From assembly GCF_001194135.2 (NCBI RefSeq), contig NC_069002.1, forward strand, positions 4,882,511-4,946,510: a DNA stretch of 64,000 bases. The letters are read 5' to 3'. Source of the stretch: Octopus bimaculoides (taxonomy: Eukaryota). The position numbers and the translations under genes are program-made. Positions 49,742 through 62,214 of this stretch are shown here, piece after piece (within the stretch, counting starts at the first letter, position 1; every line of letters starts with the position of its first letter). The notes below the pieces were generated by a model. That model saw only the letters and a program-made list of their open reading frames with translations, ran no database searches and had not been told where the DNA came from.

Positions 49742-51045
49742 NNNNNNNNNNNNNNNNNNNNNNNNNNNNNNNNNNNNNNNNNNNNNNNNNNNNNNNNNNN
49801 NNNNNNNNNNNNNNNNNNNNNNNNNNNNNNNNNNNNNNNNNNNNNNNNNNNNNNNNNNNNNNNNNNNNNNNNNNNNNNNNNNNNNNNNNNNNNNNNNNNN
49901 NNNNNNNNNNNNNNNNNNNNNNNNNNNNNNNNNNNNNNNNNNNNNNNNNNNNNNNNNNNNNNNNNNNNNNNNNNNNNNNNNNNNNNNNNNNNNNNNNNGA
50001 ATTTGGATAACTCAGTTAAAGGATTATTGTATTGAATGTTACACACAAGCAAACAACTGATAAGTGAAAAGGCAGTTATAACCTAGTTGCAAAAGGCTCT
50101 TAATGTTGAGGTATTTGTTTTTAGATAGGTCTGTTCTGTTTTCTTAGGGCCAACCCGGGTCTAGATAAGAATGACATTAACAATAAGATAAAGAAGAAGG
50201 AACTAGAAAACAATAGATGGGGGGGGGGGAACTGGCCAGCAGATTAGAAAAGATAATTAGGAAGGGCATTGTGATGAATGTGCTTGGCATGTGTCCATTT
50301 CTTCTTGTAAAAGACAAAAAACAAACGAAAGACAAGACAAACAAACAAAGGTTGTACTGTCAGAGCTATGGTACATGCTGTTAATCATAGGAGGAGCATG
50401 AAAGCTATTTGATGGGTCTGAGTGGGTCAGACCCATCAAATACAGCATGGGTAACAAAGCTACAATGAGGCCTTTGATGAATTATAAGAGGTTTGTGCTA
50501 TTTAATTCCAAGAAGATGAGTATGGTTTTCCTCCAGCACTTTGCCCAGTTGGAGAGCTAACAACAGAGTTGTTGTTGAAGTTCTTTTGTGGGAGCCTGCA
50601 CAAGGAGGGGCTAGCAGATGATGACAAACTAAGACCTATATCAAGCAGATTAGTGATGACAATATATATTCAGCAGGTCAGAGGGGTTGCAATTTGATGG
50701 AACGAATTGGATGGTGACTGGATGTCACTGGAACTGTACCAGTAGTGCAACCGGATGATGATGATGATAACGAGAAGTAATTGACACACTGGACCAGCCA
50801 CAGCTGGGACACCTTTGATTATAGGTATTCTCAGTCAGCCCATTAAAGTTACACAACTAGTATGTTTTATTATTGATGATGATGATAATAGTGATGATGA
50901 TGATGATGATAACAATAATAATAATCTCTTTTTCTTTCTTTTTGCAGCCGACATTATTTCATGTGTAGAGTTTAATAGTGATGGAGAACTATTAGCCACC
51001 GGTGACAAAGGTGGACGTGTTGTCATTTTCCAACATGACAAATCT
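9920..51045 (+). CDS. PPP2R2A: PP2A 55 kDa regulatory subunit B (B55/PR55, twins family), partial spliced CDS: join(9920..9926,11679..11747,50948..51045); 3' exons lie outside the window or in gaps
   Basis: Three exons with canonical GT-AG sites and matching phases (1,1,0) translate to [58 protein letters not shown], the recognisable B55 N-terminus. Exon layout (7-nt ATGGCNG exon, WCFSQVKG exon, 98-nt ADIIS exon) matches vertebrate PPP2R2A as I recall it. An invertebrate gene would be co-orthologous to PPP2R2A-D. Confidence 0.93.
11235..11630 (+). mobile_element. SINE family A, tail type 2, just upstream of exon 2
   Basis: Family A head followed by the ...GAACATCTGCCTCAACAAATTCTGTCTGGCCTATGCAAGCATG tail. 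Confidence 0.7.
11679..11747 (+). CDS. PPP2R2A: B55 coding exon 2 (69 nt; [22 protein letters not shown])
   Basis: Acceptor tctttgtcttttgtag, donor GAAG|gtaggt, conserved QWCFSQVKG motif. Confidence 0.95.
11840..15110 (+). mobile_element. Decayed L1/Tx1-clade non-LTR retrotransposon ORF2 (APE endonuclease + reverse transcriptase), many stops and frameshifts
   Basis: Motifs in the expected order: [15 protein letters not shown] (12399-12482), INLDQSKAY (~13576-13602), [17 protein letters not shown] (13781-13833), YAD-IT (~13885), VKVLGVW (~14073), [11 protein letters not shown] (~14378). Confidence 0.85.
21895..22275 (-). mobile_element. SINE family A, tail type 2, CpG-retaining
   Basis: Reverse complement of head and tail 2. 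Confidence 0.75.
26590..26850 (-). mobile_element. SINE family A, CpG-decayed
   Basis: Reverse-complement head (GAAGACACTTGCCTAAAG...GGGATTGAACCTG). Confidence 0.65.
27856..28323 (-). mobile_element. piggyBac-like MITE (P1) interrupted by an RTE 3' end (~28010-28275)
   Basis: TTAA|CCCTTCAGCA...TGCTGAAGGG|TTAA; the MITE halves are colinear once the insert is removed. Confidence 0.75.
28945..29285 (-). mobile_element. SINE family A, tail type 2
   Basis: Reverse-complement tail 2 joined to head. Confidence 0.7.
32930..33085 (+). mobile_element. RTE-type LINE 3' tail copy (family C)
   Basis: GTGGTTGGTGTTGGGAAGGGCATCCAGCTGTA...GCATGGAAGACGGATGTTAAACGATGATGATG with (GAT)n tail. Confidence 0.7.
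34112..34366 (+). mobile_element. SINE family A, young copy
   Basis: Tail 1 with CpGs largely intact. Confidence 0.8.
34455..34671 (+). mobile_element. Second TTAA-flanked MITE-like family (P2); related copy ~35030-35232
   Basis: TTAA|CCTTT...GGTTGGCATCAAGAGAGG|TTAA; the two copies share internal sequence. Confidence 0.5.
35383..35590 (-). mobile_element. SINE family A tail 1, young copy
   Basis: Near-identical reverse complement of 34168-34366. Confidence 0.8.
36410..36625 (+). mobile_element. piggyBac-like MITE (P1), full length
   Basis: 12-bp TIR CCCTTTAGCATT/AATGCTAAAGGG, flanks GTAA/TTAA. Confidence 0.8.
38850..39235 (-). mobile_element. SINE family A, tail type 2
   Basis: Reverse-complement tail 2, (CA)n linker and head remnant. 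Confidence 0.7.
40330..40610 (+). mobile_element. V-domain-like SINE; related copies ~31655-31910 and ~2500-2600
   Basis: tRNA-like head, GCATTGTGTTCTTGGGCAAAACAC and CCTGCAATGGACTGGTGTCCTGTTCAG resemble the V-SINE central domain. Confidence 0.55.
41511..41887. repeat. 28-bp minisatellite, ~13 copies of GAACTTGTAGCCACCGGCGTCCTGTTGC
   Basis: Exact 28-nt period from 41517 to 41881; central units identical, terminal units degenerate. Confidence 0.97.
42348..42416. repeat. (CA)n microsatellite, representative of many
   Basis: Others include (TA)n ~3132-3160, 10956-11002, 61712-61775; (AAT)n ~33346-33382; (ATT)n ~60353-60413; (TCTA)n ~25665-25730; (CT)n ~44762-44803; (TG)n ~49697-49741. Confidence 0.95.
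43440..44085 (+). mobile_element. Three head-to-tail SINE family B copies
   Basis: Copies ~43440-43660, 43683-43885, 43905-44085, each starting right after the previous (ATT)n tail. Confidence 0.75.
47534..47746 (+). mobile_element. piggyBac-like MITE (P1), full length; partial copies ~45085-45260, 45470-45550, 51820-51900(-)
   Basis: TTAA at both flanks, same TIR and interior. Confidence 0.8.
50406..50442. repeat. Perfect 16-bp inverted repeat with 5-nt loop
   Basis: TATTTGATGGGTCTGA gtggg TCAGACCCATCAAATA. Confidence 0.9.
50948..51045 (+). CDS. PPP2R2A: B55 coding exon 3 (98 nt; [33 protein letters not shown], first WD40 repeat)
   Basis: Acceptor tttctttctttttgcag, donor TCT|gtaagt, near-invariant B55 sequence. 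Confidence 0.97.
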
Positions 51046-53433
51046 GTAAGTACTTGTTCTGTTTTCTTTTCAGTCATTTTATTTTGTGTGTCATTTTTTT
51101 TTTTCTACATTTGTATTTAATTGTACTTGTAGCTGCTAGCTAATTAAGCATGATGCTCATAATTTAATGTTTTTTGATATTCTTGCATTATTTTTTAACG
51201 ACATTTTAGATTTTCATAGGGATTGTTTTAAGGTTAGCTAATCGAAGAATAGGTGTCAGAGCTATGCATATCTGCTCAGACGGTTCTGACTGGTTCCAAA
51301 TGAATTTCTGAAAAGCATCAGGGTAGACATGGAGTAACTGCATCCAGATTGTATCTAGATAGGGTATTTTTTAGGTTAGCGGATAGAGATTGTGTAGGTG
51401 TCCACTGTCTTGACCAGCTTTCTATATGGACTACAAATCTGTAACTACACAATGTGACTTTGAACGAACACAAGTAGGGACTGGATTATTGGAAAAGCTG
51501 GATGTTTTCTCCAGCATGCAAAACCTACAGGGACTTTGTCCATCAACTGATGTCTAATTTGCTAACAGTCATCAACAGATTAGTAGACCCCCCCCCTTCT
51601 GTGTCACTGCTGCAGAAACTAGAAACTGTAAGGGGCACTCTTTTAGAATTGGGATGTGGATTTGTGGATGATATCTACCATAGTGGTGTTGGACACCATT
51701 ATAATTGAAGTAACCAGCATCATTGTAAATGAATGCTAAATGGCAACAAATGTAAAGATTAGCCTGGGACAGTTGATGGGCTTGCAGTTTAGCATCTGAA
51801 CACCTGAGTTTATGCTGCCAGCTAGTGCATGATTAATTGCAAACAATGTGAATAAATAAGTATTACATTTCACAGAGTAATCTGAATACTAGTGGGTTAA
51901 ACCATAATTGACTGTTTCTAGTTTCGTTTGGTGGGGAAGGTGAGGGCAAGAACGGGGTGAGTTTGGTCCTCTTAATCTCAGCAGAGAATGACCTCTGAGA
52001 GAAACCACATAACCTGAGAAGTCAGAATAATCTTGAATTTGTGGGGAGGGTGTAAATCAGTTATATCGACACCCCACCACCCATACCCAACTGGTACTTA
52101 TTTTATCAACCCCGACAGGGTGAAGGGCAAAAATCGAACCTTGAATGTTGGAAGAAATGCTGTGAAGTGTTTCTTCTGGTGCAGTAACAAACCATTCTGC
52201 CAGCTCTATGACTTAACAACAATAACCCTTTCTTCTATAGGAACAAGGCCTGGCATTTTAGGGTTGGGGGGGCTAACCGGTAACATCGACCCCCCCCCCC
52301 CCGTGTTCATCTGATATTTATTCCATCACTCCTGGAAGGATAGAAGGCAAAGCTGACCATGGCAGAATTTGAACCCAGAATATAAAGCTAGAAGAAACAT
52401 TACTAAGCATTTTGTCTGGCATGGTAGCGATTCTACCAGCTCCCGCCTTAATAATAGTAATAATAATGATGTGATAAGAGTCGTAGTAATAATGGTAATA
52501 ATAATAATAATGATGTGATGATAATAACAGTAATAATAATGACCTCTCTCTCTTAATCTTACTTCTCTTCTGGTTGATATGGTGTTGGCCATTTCGGCCA
52601 AGTACCATTCTAGAAATTGATATTGCACCACACATTTTGTCCACCATCGGTTTGTTCTGTGCTTCATTTCCTGCACAATTCAAAACACATTTCATGTAAT
52701 TTATAGCTAAACAAACTTAATTTGTCTATTGACCAATGTGGAGAGTGCCAGGGGGCAGTGAGGAAAACAAGGAAAGAAAGAAAGAAAGAAAAGAATATGA
52801 GTGCTCTGTGACATACATTTTCTTCTGCTTTCCCTTCTTCTTGGCAGTGATTTTGAAGATCTTCTTAGGTATTGCCTAGTTCTTTTGTTTAATTGTCATG
52901 TTGTTATTGAAGAAAGTAGTTAGTCATTAATTAACCTGGAGAACATTATTATTAATTTGTTTTATGCTATTTTAATTCCTGGATTTATTTTTAATTCATG
53001 GGCAACTGTGCAAAATATTTGTTTAACCTAAAATAGGAATATGTAGGTTTAAAATGAAATTTAGTGGTTGGTTTTTGAAATAGGATTTGGTGGGTCTTAA
53101 ATAGAATTTAGTTGTTTTAAAATGGAATTTGCCTTGTCTAATATCGGATTTGATAGATCTAAATAAAATAAGGCTCTCAGTTTGTGTTTGATCACTGATA
53201 AAGACAATGGTCTTAATTTGAGCTGACCCCTGACACAAAGGTCCTGTTTCCTTGTGCCTCTACTTATTTCACTGACCGTCAGTTGATTAGGCATCCTCCT
53301 ACAGGTCTTTTATTTATTTTTAATTTTTTTTTTTTACTTGTTTTTGTCATTAAACTGCAGCCATACTGGAGTACTGCCTTTATTATAAAACATTCATATA
53401 TATATGTATGGATGTGCATATATATATATATAT

Positions 53434-54104
53434 ATAGGAAAATGAAAAATAATAATAAGGCAGAATGCTAAACTAGAAGCATATTTTAATAAAGATTTCT
53501 AACCGGCTTTCATTGCATAGCAAATTTTCAAGAAGAGGGAGAATGAAAATGTTTTTTTCAAAGAAGTACAAAATGAAGAAAATAATATATAAAAAAAATA
53601 ATATATAAAAAAATAAACATACCAATACCTTATATTTTCTTTGAGCTTTTAAAGTTCAATGGTAATTCATGTAGATAATGGTTGGAAAAATAAGGATGCA
53701 TGAGAATGGAGAGTTGTGTTAGGTTTGAGAAAAGTGGCTAAANNNNNNNNNNNNNNNNNNNNNNNNNNNNNNNNNNNNNNNNNNNNNNNNNNNNNNNNNN
53801 NNNNNNNNNNNNNNNNNNNNNNNNNNNNNNNNNNNNNNNNNNNNNNNNNNNNNNNNNNNNNNNNNNNNNNNNNNNNNNNNNNNNNNNNNNNNNNNNNNNN
53901 NNNNNNNNNNNNNNNNNNNNNNNNNNNNNNNNNNNTTTATTTTTTTATATATTATTTTCTTCATTTTGTACTTCTTTGAAAAAAACATTTTCATTCTCCC
54001 TCTTCTTGAAAATTTGCTATGCAATGTGAAAGCCGGTTAGAAATCTTTATTAAAATATGCTTCCAGTTTAGCATCTGCCTTATTATTATTTTTCATTTTC
54101 CTAT
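53434..54104. repeat. Long inverted repeat (arms 53434-53601 and 53936-54104) spanning a gap
   Basis: ~168-bp arms with three small differences; the right arm starts at the gap edge. Confidence 0.85.
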
Positions 54105-55319
54105 TATTTCTCCACGTGCGGTTAACACAACCCCACTATTTACTGACTTATATATATATATATATACATACATACATACATACATACATCATTGCTGTTA
54201 TGCAAAATGTTGCTTTTTCAGAAAAAAATAGTTTCACCATTCCATAGCAAAACCGTTGTACTACACTTTGACAATTTTTGATATCTTAGCATCTGAAGCA
54301 GCTGGAGATATGATAGCTTGACCAAAAGATCCAGCTATTGCAAGCAAAGATAAATATTGGAAAAAACACGTGACCAAATTTGGACATATAACAGTTTAAC
54401 ATAATAGTAACCATATCTATATATACCTGATTAATGACGGAGATGGGAGATACATTTTTGCTGTATTGTGTATTTGTTTCTTTTGGCATCTGATTTTTAT
54501 TGATCTTCTATAATAATGAAACTGTATCCTTTAATTTGCTCCTTTTGAATACACATACCAAGAAGAAAACTTGCAGAATAGATGTTATTTTAACAAGATA
54601 CACCTTGTAATCACTCGAAGAGACACCTCTACACCAATAGACACGCCTAAACCAGTTGTTCAGTATCCCACCTGTGAGGTATCAATGCTAGATGGGTCGA
54701 AACAATTGTAGTGATCAATAATTCTTGTATCTTCCATCTTCTGTCCCTCTCGTTAATCAAATACCCAACAAACATTGTGAAAGGGAAGGTACTTTATTAG
54801 TAAACTACCAGATGTACACCATACTATTTATCTAATAATAATAATATATATACACCCAGGGTATGACTTTAAACTGCATCTCATAGTTGGGCCTTGATAC
54901 AGGAGTTTTGGTGTAGACACTAACATATAATGTATGTATATATANNNNNNNNNNNNNNNNNNNNNNNNNNNNNNNNNNNNNNNNNNNNNNNNNNNNNNNN
55001 NNNNNNNNNNNNNNNNNNNNNNNNNNNNNNNNNNNNNNNNNNNNNNNNNNNNNNNNNNNNNNNNNNNNNNNNNNNNNNNNNNNNNNNNNNNNNNNNNNNN
55101 NNNNNNNNNNNNNNNNNNNNNNNNNNNNNNNNNNNNNNNNNNNNNNNNNNNNNNNNNNNNNNNNNNNNNNNNNNNNNNNNNNNNNNNNNNNNNNNNNNNN
55201 NNNNNNNNNNNNNNNNNNNNNNNNNNNNNNNNNNNNNNNNNNNNNNNNNNNNNNNNNNNNNNNNNNNNNNNNNNNNNNNNNNNNNNNNNNNNNNNNNNNN
55301 NNNNNNACACACACACACA

Positions 55320-55505
55320 CATATATACATATACATATATACGACGGGCTTCTTTCAGTTTCCGTCTACCAAATCCACTCCCAAAGCTTTGGTCGGTCTG
55401 AGGCTATAGTAGAAGACACTTGCCCAAGGTGCCACGCAGTGGGACTGAACCCAGAACCATGTGGTTGGTAAGCAAGGTACGTACCACACAGCCATTCCTG
55501 TGCCT
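55320..55505 (-). mobile_element. SINE family A head/body, young copy
   Basis: ACGACGGGCTTCTTTCAGTTTCCGTCTACC...GGTACGTACCACACAGCC. Confidence 0.8.
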
Positions 55506-56416
55506 GCTGTGTACAGATTTTATATATTAAGGAAAAGGAGTTAGTCAGGATTAGGAGAAGAACTATTTATTTAGCACTTTTGTCCCTTTGAAGGATTCAT
55601 GATAATTTTTTTATATGCGAGTGAGTTAAAAAAAAAATCTGGAGTTGACATTGTTCTCTTGGGCAGGCAAAGACAAGCACATGCGAGACACCATTTTGAG
55701 TCTCTGCCTACTAAATCTACTCCTAGTTTAGTTGGCCTGGGGTTGTAACATATGGCATTTGCCCAAGATGCTGTGCAGTGGAACTAAATCTGAGCAGCAG
55801 AATCCAGGGAGCAGGCTTCTCAAACACAACCAGCCATGATTTTTACATATGTGCTTGGTCATGAAAGGGTTAATTAATATTTAATCAGTTTAGCTTTCTT
55901 TTTTTTTTTTTTAAATAAGAAAAAAAAGAAAAAAGGCAAATATTGTCACTGTTCTTTCAGTGCGCACCTTAATATTTGCTCTTCCCCCTGTCTCACACAG
56001 CAAATGGTCCACCACTTGCCTGTGTGACATTAAAACTTTGCTGCTGCTGATGCCAGAACTTACATACAGTACTGACAACTGTTGGCGTAACCAGTTTCAT
56101 TCAGCTAGATTATATATCATTTCTGCCGAGTTCTGCTGATGTTCTGCGTTGAGTTCTGCAATCAATAAGTATTGCTTGGACTCTGAGCAACACTGGCATG
56201 TTGTCATAGTGAGTATAGATTAATTTATGATGATGCTGCTGCCATTCAGCTCTCTAGAAACACTGGTTGTAATTCAGCAGTCATTGATGACTGTATATGC
56301 GCGTGTGTGTGTGTGTGTATGCATATTTACCTAATGGATGTGCATACATATGCATGTATGTGTTTATATATGTATGAATTTAACCTATTTCTAACAGGTT
56401 GCATCATACTCTTATT

Positions 56417-56468
<52 letters not shown>

Positions 56469-58305
56469 GTATGAATGAGATCTTTAAAAACTGACAGACA
56501 AAATCAGAAATTTCTTTCTGGCTTTTTTTCCCCCTTCATATTTTTGTAAATGCTGAAGCATGTACATGTAATTATCATATTTAATATGGTGGAGAAACCA
56601 GGAAGAAATGAAGATATACAGCTGTGGAGATAAATATATGTAACTGGTCATCAGTGTTTTGTTTTTCTCTCTCTAGATCAGGTTAGAGCCAGAAACACAA
56701 TATTTAAGCATTGATTTCTTATTAGAATTAAAATTAAGAATATATTGTCTTGCTATTTTCAAGAACTCTAAACCATTTCATATCTAGTTTGCCGGAAAGT
56801 TGCACTCTGTATACCTTATTAACTTAGCTATCAGGCCATAAACAGCTGATGTAGTTATCCATTGTTGTAATTTTATGCCTACTTAAGGTGGCAAGCTGGA
56901 AGAATTGCTGTGGCATCAGACAAAACGCTTAGCGGTTCTTTATCTTCTGAGTTCAAATGCCACTGAGGTTGGTTTTGCTTTTCGTTTCTTTTGGGGTTGA
57001 CAAAATAAGTACCCGCCCCATGAAGTACCCTTCAGGCCTTGTGCCTGAAGCAGAAAAAAACAAATATTTTATGCCATGCTCTCTGGGCGGATCACGGGTT
57101 GGGCAATTTTGTCAGTCGATCCGTATTGTGTTCTTATTCAGAGTTACTATCCTCCTGGGTGTGGTCAGGAGAAGCAACCCTTGCTTGTTCATTTTATATT
57201 GCCTCAAGGCAGGTAGACCTGGAGTCAAGAGGACGTGTCATTGATGAGGGCGCAAATGATAACAAAAGGACTCTGACAAATTTTGCTGACTGATGAACTA
57301 ACCGAATGATTGTTTAATCAAACAATTGTGATTGGTTAAATGTTAACTGACTTTTAATAACAACAATAATAAAAGAAGTGAAAGAGAACCAGTGCATGTG
57401 TTATTGGCATGATGACCTTTCTGAGATACAAGTGTGTGTGTGTGTGTGTGTAAATAAATGTGTAAAAGAGAGAGATTATGGTTTCACATGGTTGTGAACT
57501 TTAACACTTTTGTTTGCAATACTGTGAATTTACTGTATTCTCTAGTGTCTAAGCTCATCCGGGATGGGTCGAGCTGGCTTCATCCAGTAAAGGAAGTACT
57601 CACCATTAATAAATGGAATCACATTCGAAACAGAATCGATATAATATCATTACTCAGCGTTTCTCAATCCTCAGCCAACATACACACATATACATATGTT
57701 TGTTGTGACATTTGCTTTTTTGTCATGTTAGCATGGATTAGGCATATCATCATAATCATCATCATCCATTGTCCATGCTGGCATAGGTTGGAGAGTCTGA
57801 CCAGAGCTGGTAACTTTAATTCCATTCAGGTGCAAATCCATTTTCTTTGTCACTGTCTGAGTTGTCAGAATTGCTTTCACTTTTGGAAATGGAGATATCC
57901 AATTCATACCATGTGATCTTTGTGTTCACTGTATATTTTGCTTGATTTTTGCATGTCTTCAGTCAAAAATCTTTCAAATTCTGTTTCGCTACAGGATAAC
58001 ATGAAACTGGTGTCCATTTTCTGCCAGTAATATAAAAAAAAAAAAAAAATTTTTTTTTCAAGTTGATGTAGAAAAAAACCTGGACGGAGGGGGGTTGTAA
58101 AAAAATCCAGTGGTTAGATATCACACCAAATAATGTTGGATGGTGTAACTTAATTATTCATGTAATGAAATCATGCATTTTCAGGAATGTACTAATGAGA
58201 TTTGTACTGAAATTCTCATTTAAATATGACTAGGTTATTTCGGCCTAGATTGTCAAATTTGACAGGTAAACTATCATTTGTGCAAGCATGTGTATATGAT
58301 GTATG

Positions 58306-58336
<31 letters not shown>

Positions 58337-59349
58337 ATATATATATATATGTATGCATGCATGCACATGGAGAAAGAATGCTTATTTGGAAAGAACGAGC
58401 GACTAAAATAGAGACAAATAGATTGGATATGGATTTGCCGTTTGGCATGTCTTGTGTGACCATAATTTCCTGTTCTGACTTGTGGCAGGTCTGCATTATT
58501 ACAGCATCTTTCCCTATGTCCCGTTTTATCCCATGTGTTTGTGAGGCAGAGATGTAATAGTGCACACACACACGCACACAACGCATGCACGCACACACAC
58601 GTGCATACCAACATGGTTTGTGTTCCTTAGCTTCTATATATATTATGATGTCACGATATGAATAGGATTAATCTAGGAAAACAACCTCTTTTTTTTTTTT
58701 TTTATAATTCTTTTTTTAACTCTTTTCCCCTCCCAAAATTGATGGGACTTAAACTAACACTACCATCACCACCACTACTATTTCCTCCCCGCCCCAGATA
58801 AACAACTACCATTCAGAATAAAATGGTTTTCTTTTTTTCTCTCCTCTTTTGTTATTATTGTCTAAATCCAGGTCAGCCCTGATCAAGCAGGCTTAATAAT
58901 TCAAAGCATTCCAGCCATGACTACCCGGTCTTTTTTTCGTAAGTGCACAAAACCCAGCACTATATTATTCGACATGCTTGTTTCTAAGACTGTAGTTAGT
59001 TAGCTTCTTTTTCTAGCAGATTGAGCATCTGTATAGAGGCTCCCTGGGGGTGGGTTTTTTTTCCTCCCGCAATTACTGGTAACAGTGTTTATGATTAATA
59101 GGTGTGTACCGGGGATAGGGATGGTGGTGGCATTGAGCCATGGGCTAGCACTGATTAGGTAGACCTATGCACAAAGACACTCCAACCATAACCATCCCTG
59201 TTTATTTACACACGATATATTCAAGGCTGCATCATCCAATGTGCCCTTGTTCTTAAGACCTGGTAGTGTGTGTCTGATGAGAAAAACTGGATGCTATTTT
59301 GAGCAGGTTGAGCAACCACAACGAGGCTTCCTCGTGGATTCTGTTGTAG

Positions 59350-60060
59350 TTAGTTGTGGTGGTGGTGGTGATGACGCATGTGGTTGCGTCTGAATGATGA
59401 TGGGGGGTGCACTGACGAGTGATGGTGATAGTAATAGTACAGTGGTTGTGACTGATGAATGATGACAACGACAACAAGATGGGTGATGGTGATAATAATA
59501 GTATGATAGTTGTGACTGATGAATAACAATGACAATGATGATAGGGGTGGGTGATGGAGTAATGATGATGGTGAGAGTAATAGTATGATGGTTGTGACTG
59601 ATGAATGATGACGACGATAAGGGTGGGTGATGGTGATGATTGTGACTGATGAATGGCAACAACAGTGATGGTGATGGTGGTGGTGATGTTACATGGCGAT
59701 GGTGGTGAAAATAGTGCTATTGATGCATTGTTGGTGGTGGTCGTGTTTGAATGCTGATGGTGGGGGCTGTGGTGACGGAGATGGCTGGCAACGGTGATAG
59801 TTGTATTAGTTACATGGCGATGGTGTTGGTAGTAAAACTAGCGCGTTAGCATTGGGTGCTAGTGAAGGAAGATGTATTAATAAGTGTAGTGATGAAACAG
59901 CGGTAGTAGCAGCAGCAGCAGCAGTAGTAGTAGAGTGTGGTGATAGTTGTGATGGTGTTAGTCTGCTAGTGGTGTTCGTGATGGCTGTGCTGTGGTAGTA
60001 GTGGTGGTAATGTTCATGTTGGTGATACTGTAGATGCTGGTACTTGAACGCCTACTGTTC
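59350..60060. repeat. GGT/GAT/GTA low-complexity tract with a recurrent 16-mer
   Basis: (G/A)TTGTGACTGATGAAT at 59445, 59509, 59591, 59639. Confidence 0.8.
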
Positions 60061-60352
60061 TCGTTGTCATTGCTTCTGCTGTTGTTGAACCCCAGGTCGA
60101 CCATCGACAAACACACCTATAACCATGCAATCCAAGCACGACTATCCATCCTTCTCGCCGTTTTCTTTCATCTTTTTTCCTGACGACCTTATCCAGTTTT
60201 TTTTTTTTCCTTCTATTTTTGTTTTATTTTGGAAAGATGTCATGGTGGGGGTTGTTCGAGGAAGCTTTGGCTGCTATCTCTATCAGGTGAAGCTACCAAC
60301 GTAGAGGATTGCTGAAGTGCTCTTGTAGGTGGTTGTGGTGATGATGATTGTG

Positions 60353-60417
<65 letters not shown>

Positions 60418-61129
60418 GGTGGTGGCGGTGAGCAATCAGATAATCAGACTTGTGTGAATAACTGTCATATTTGTATGAAATAGTTCGTATTTGAAAGAAA
60501 GCAAGGNNNNNNNNNNNNNNNNNNNNNNNNNNNNNNNNNNNNNNNNNNNNNNNNNNNNNNNNNNNNNNNNNNNNNNNNNNNNNNNNNNNNNNNNNNNNNN
60601 NNNNNNNNNNNNNNNNNNNNNNNNNNNNNNNNNNNNNNNNNNNNNNNNNNNNNNNNNNNNNNNNNNNNNNNNNNNNNNNNNNNNNNNNNNNNNNNNNNNN
60701 NNNNNNNNNNNNNNNNNNNNNNNNNNNNNNNNNNNNNNNNNNNNNNNNNNNNNNNNNNNNNNNNNNNNNNNNNNNNNNNNNNNNNNNNNNNNNNNNNNNN
60801 NNNNNNNNNNNNNNNNNNNNNNNNNNNNNNNNNNNNNNNNNNNNNNNNNNNNNNNNNNNNNNNNNNNNNNNNNNNNNNNNNNNNNNNNNNNNNNNNNNNN
60901 NNNNNNNNNNNNNNNNNNNNNNNNNNNNNNNNNNNNNNNNNNNNNNNNNNNNNNNNNNNNNNNNNNNNNNNNNNNNNNNNNNNNNNNNNNNNNNNNNNNN
61001 NNNNNNNNNNNNNNNNNNNNNNNNNNNNNNNNNNNNNNNNNNNNNNNNNNNNNNNNNNNNNNNNNNNNNNNNNNNNNNNNNNNNNNNNNNNNNNNNNNNN
61101 NNNNNNNNNNNNNNNNNNNNNNNNNNNNN

Positions 61130-61182
<53 letters not shown>

Positions 61183-61365
61183 ATACACACACACACACTT
61201 GTCTGTATGTTATACACACTTGCTTTCGCATGCACACATACATACATGAAATATTGATGTTTGCCTACCTCACTCGCTATTCGAATATTTGCTACTCAGA
61301 AACATTAGAACAAGCAACCCTTTGTTGTAGTAGTAATATTAGTAGTGTTAGCAATGTTAGTAGCT

Positions 61366-61396
<31 letters not shown>

Positions 61397-61699
61397 CAGC
61401 AGTAATGTGTATGTTTGTAGTAATAATAGCTATGTGTATGTTGTAGCAGTTGTGTGAGGTACTAAAAAAAAAAGAAAAACAAAAAAATGATAAAAAGCAA
61501 AATGAATTGCAAAAAAAAAAAAAATAGTTTTCCACATTGACTTAAACCCTGCGTGTTTCTTTTTACAGCCCAAACTGGAGCTACACTGAAAGACAGGCAA
61601 CTGTCTCCTAGTTTCAGATTTAATAGAAATATACTTATTTTGTTATGTGTATGTGTGTCAATCTATGTCTCTCTCTCTCTCTCTCTCTCTCTTTGTGTA

Positions 61700-61779
<80 letters not shown>

Positions 61780-62160
61780 TGAATGTGTGTGTGTGTCTGT
61801 ATATCTGTGTATGTTATTGGCTTTAAAAAGAAAAAAGAGAGAACTCAATACATGGTCTGGAGTATACTTATATGAAGCAAGTTAGTTCACCCTGTCACTA
61901 TTACTCTGTTTCTCATTCAGTGCTATCTTCCAGGTGACAGCTAAAAAAAATAATTTATTTTGTTGGGTGAAAGATCTATACTAAGCAAGGAACCTTGGCA
62001 ACAAGGTGAATCGGCTGCTTCCCACAGATAACTAGCAATATGCACCTTATGTAAATGTTTTCTACTGTAGCCCTAATGAGTGGATTTGGTGGGCAGAAAC
62101 CGAAAGAAGCACACTGTGTGTGTATATATGTATGTGTGTGTGTATGCATATATATATGTA

Positions 62161-62214
<54 letters not shown>

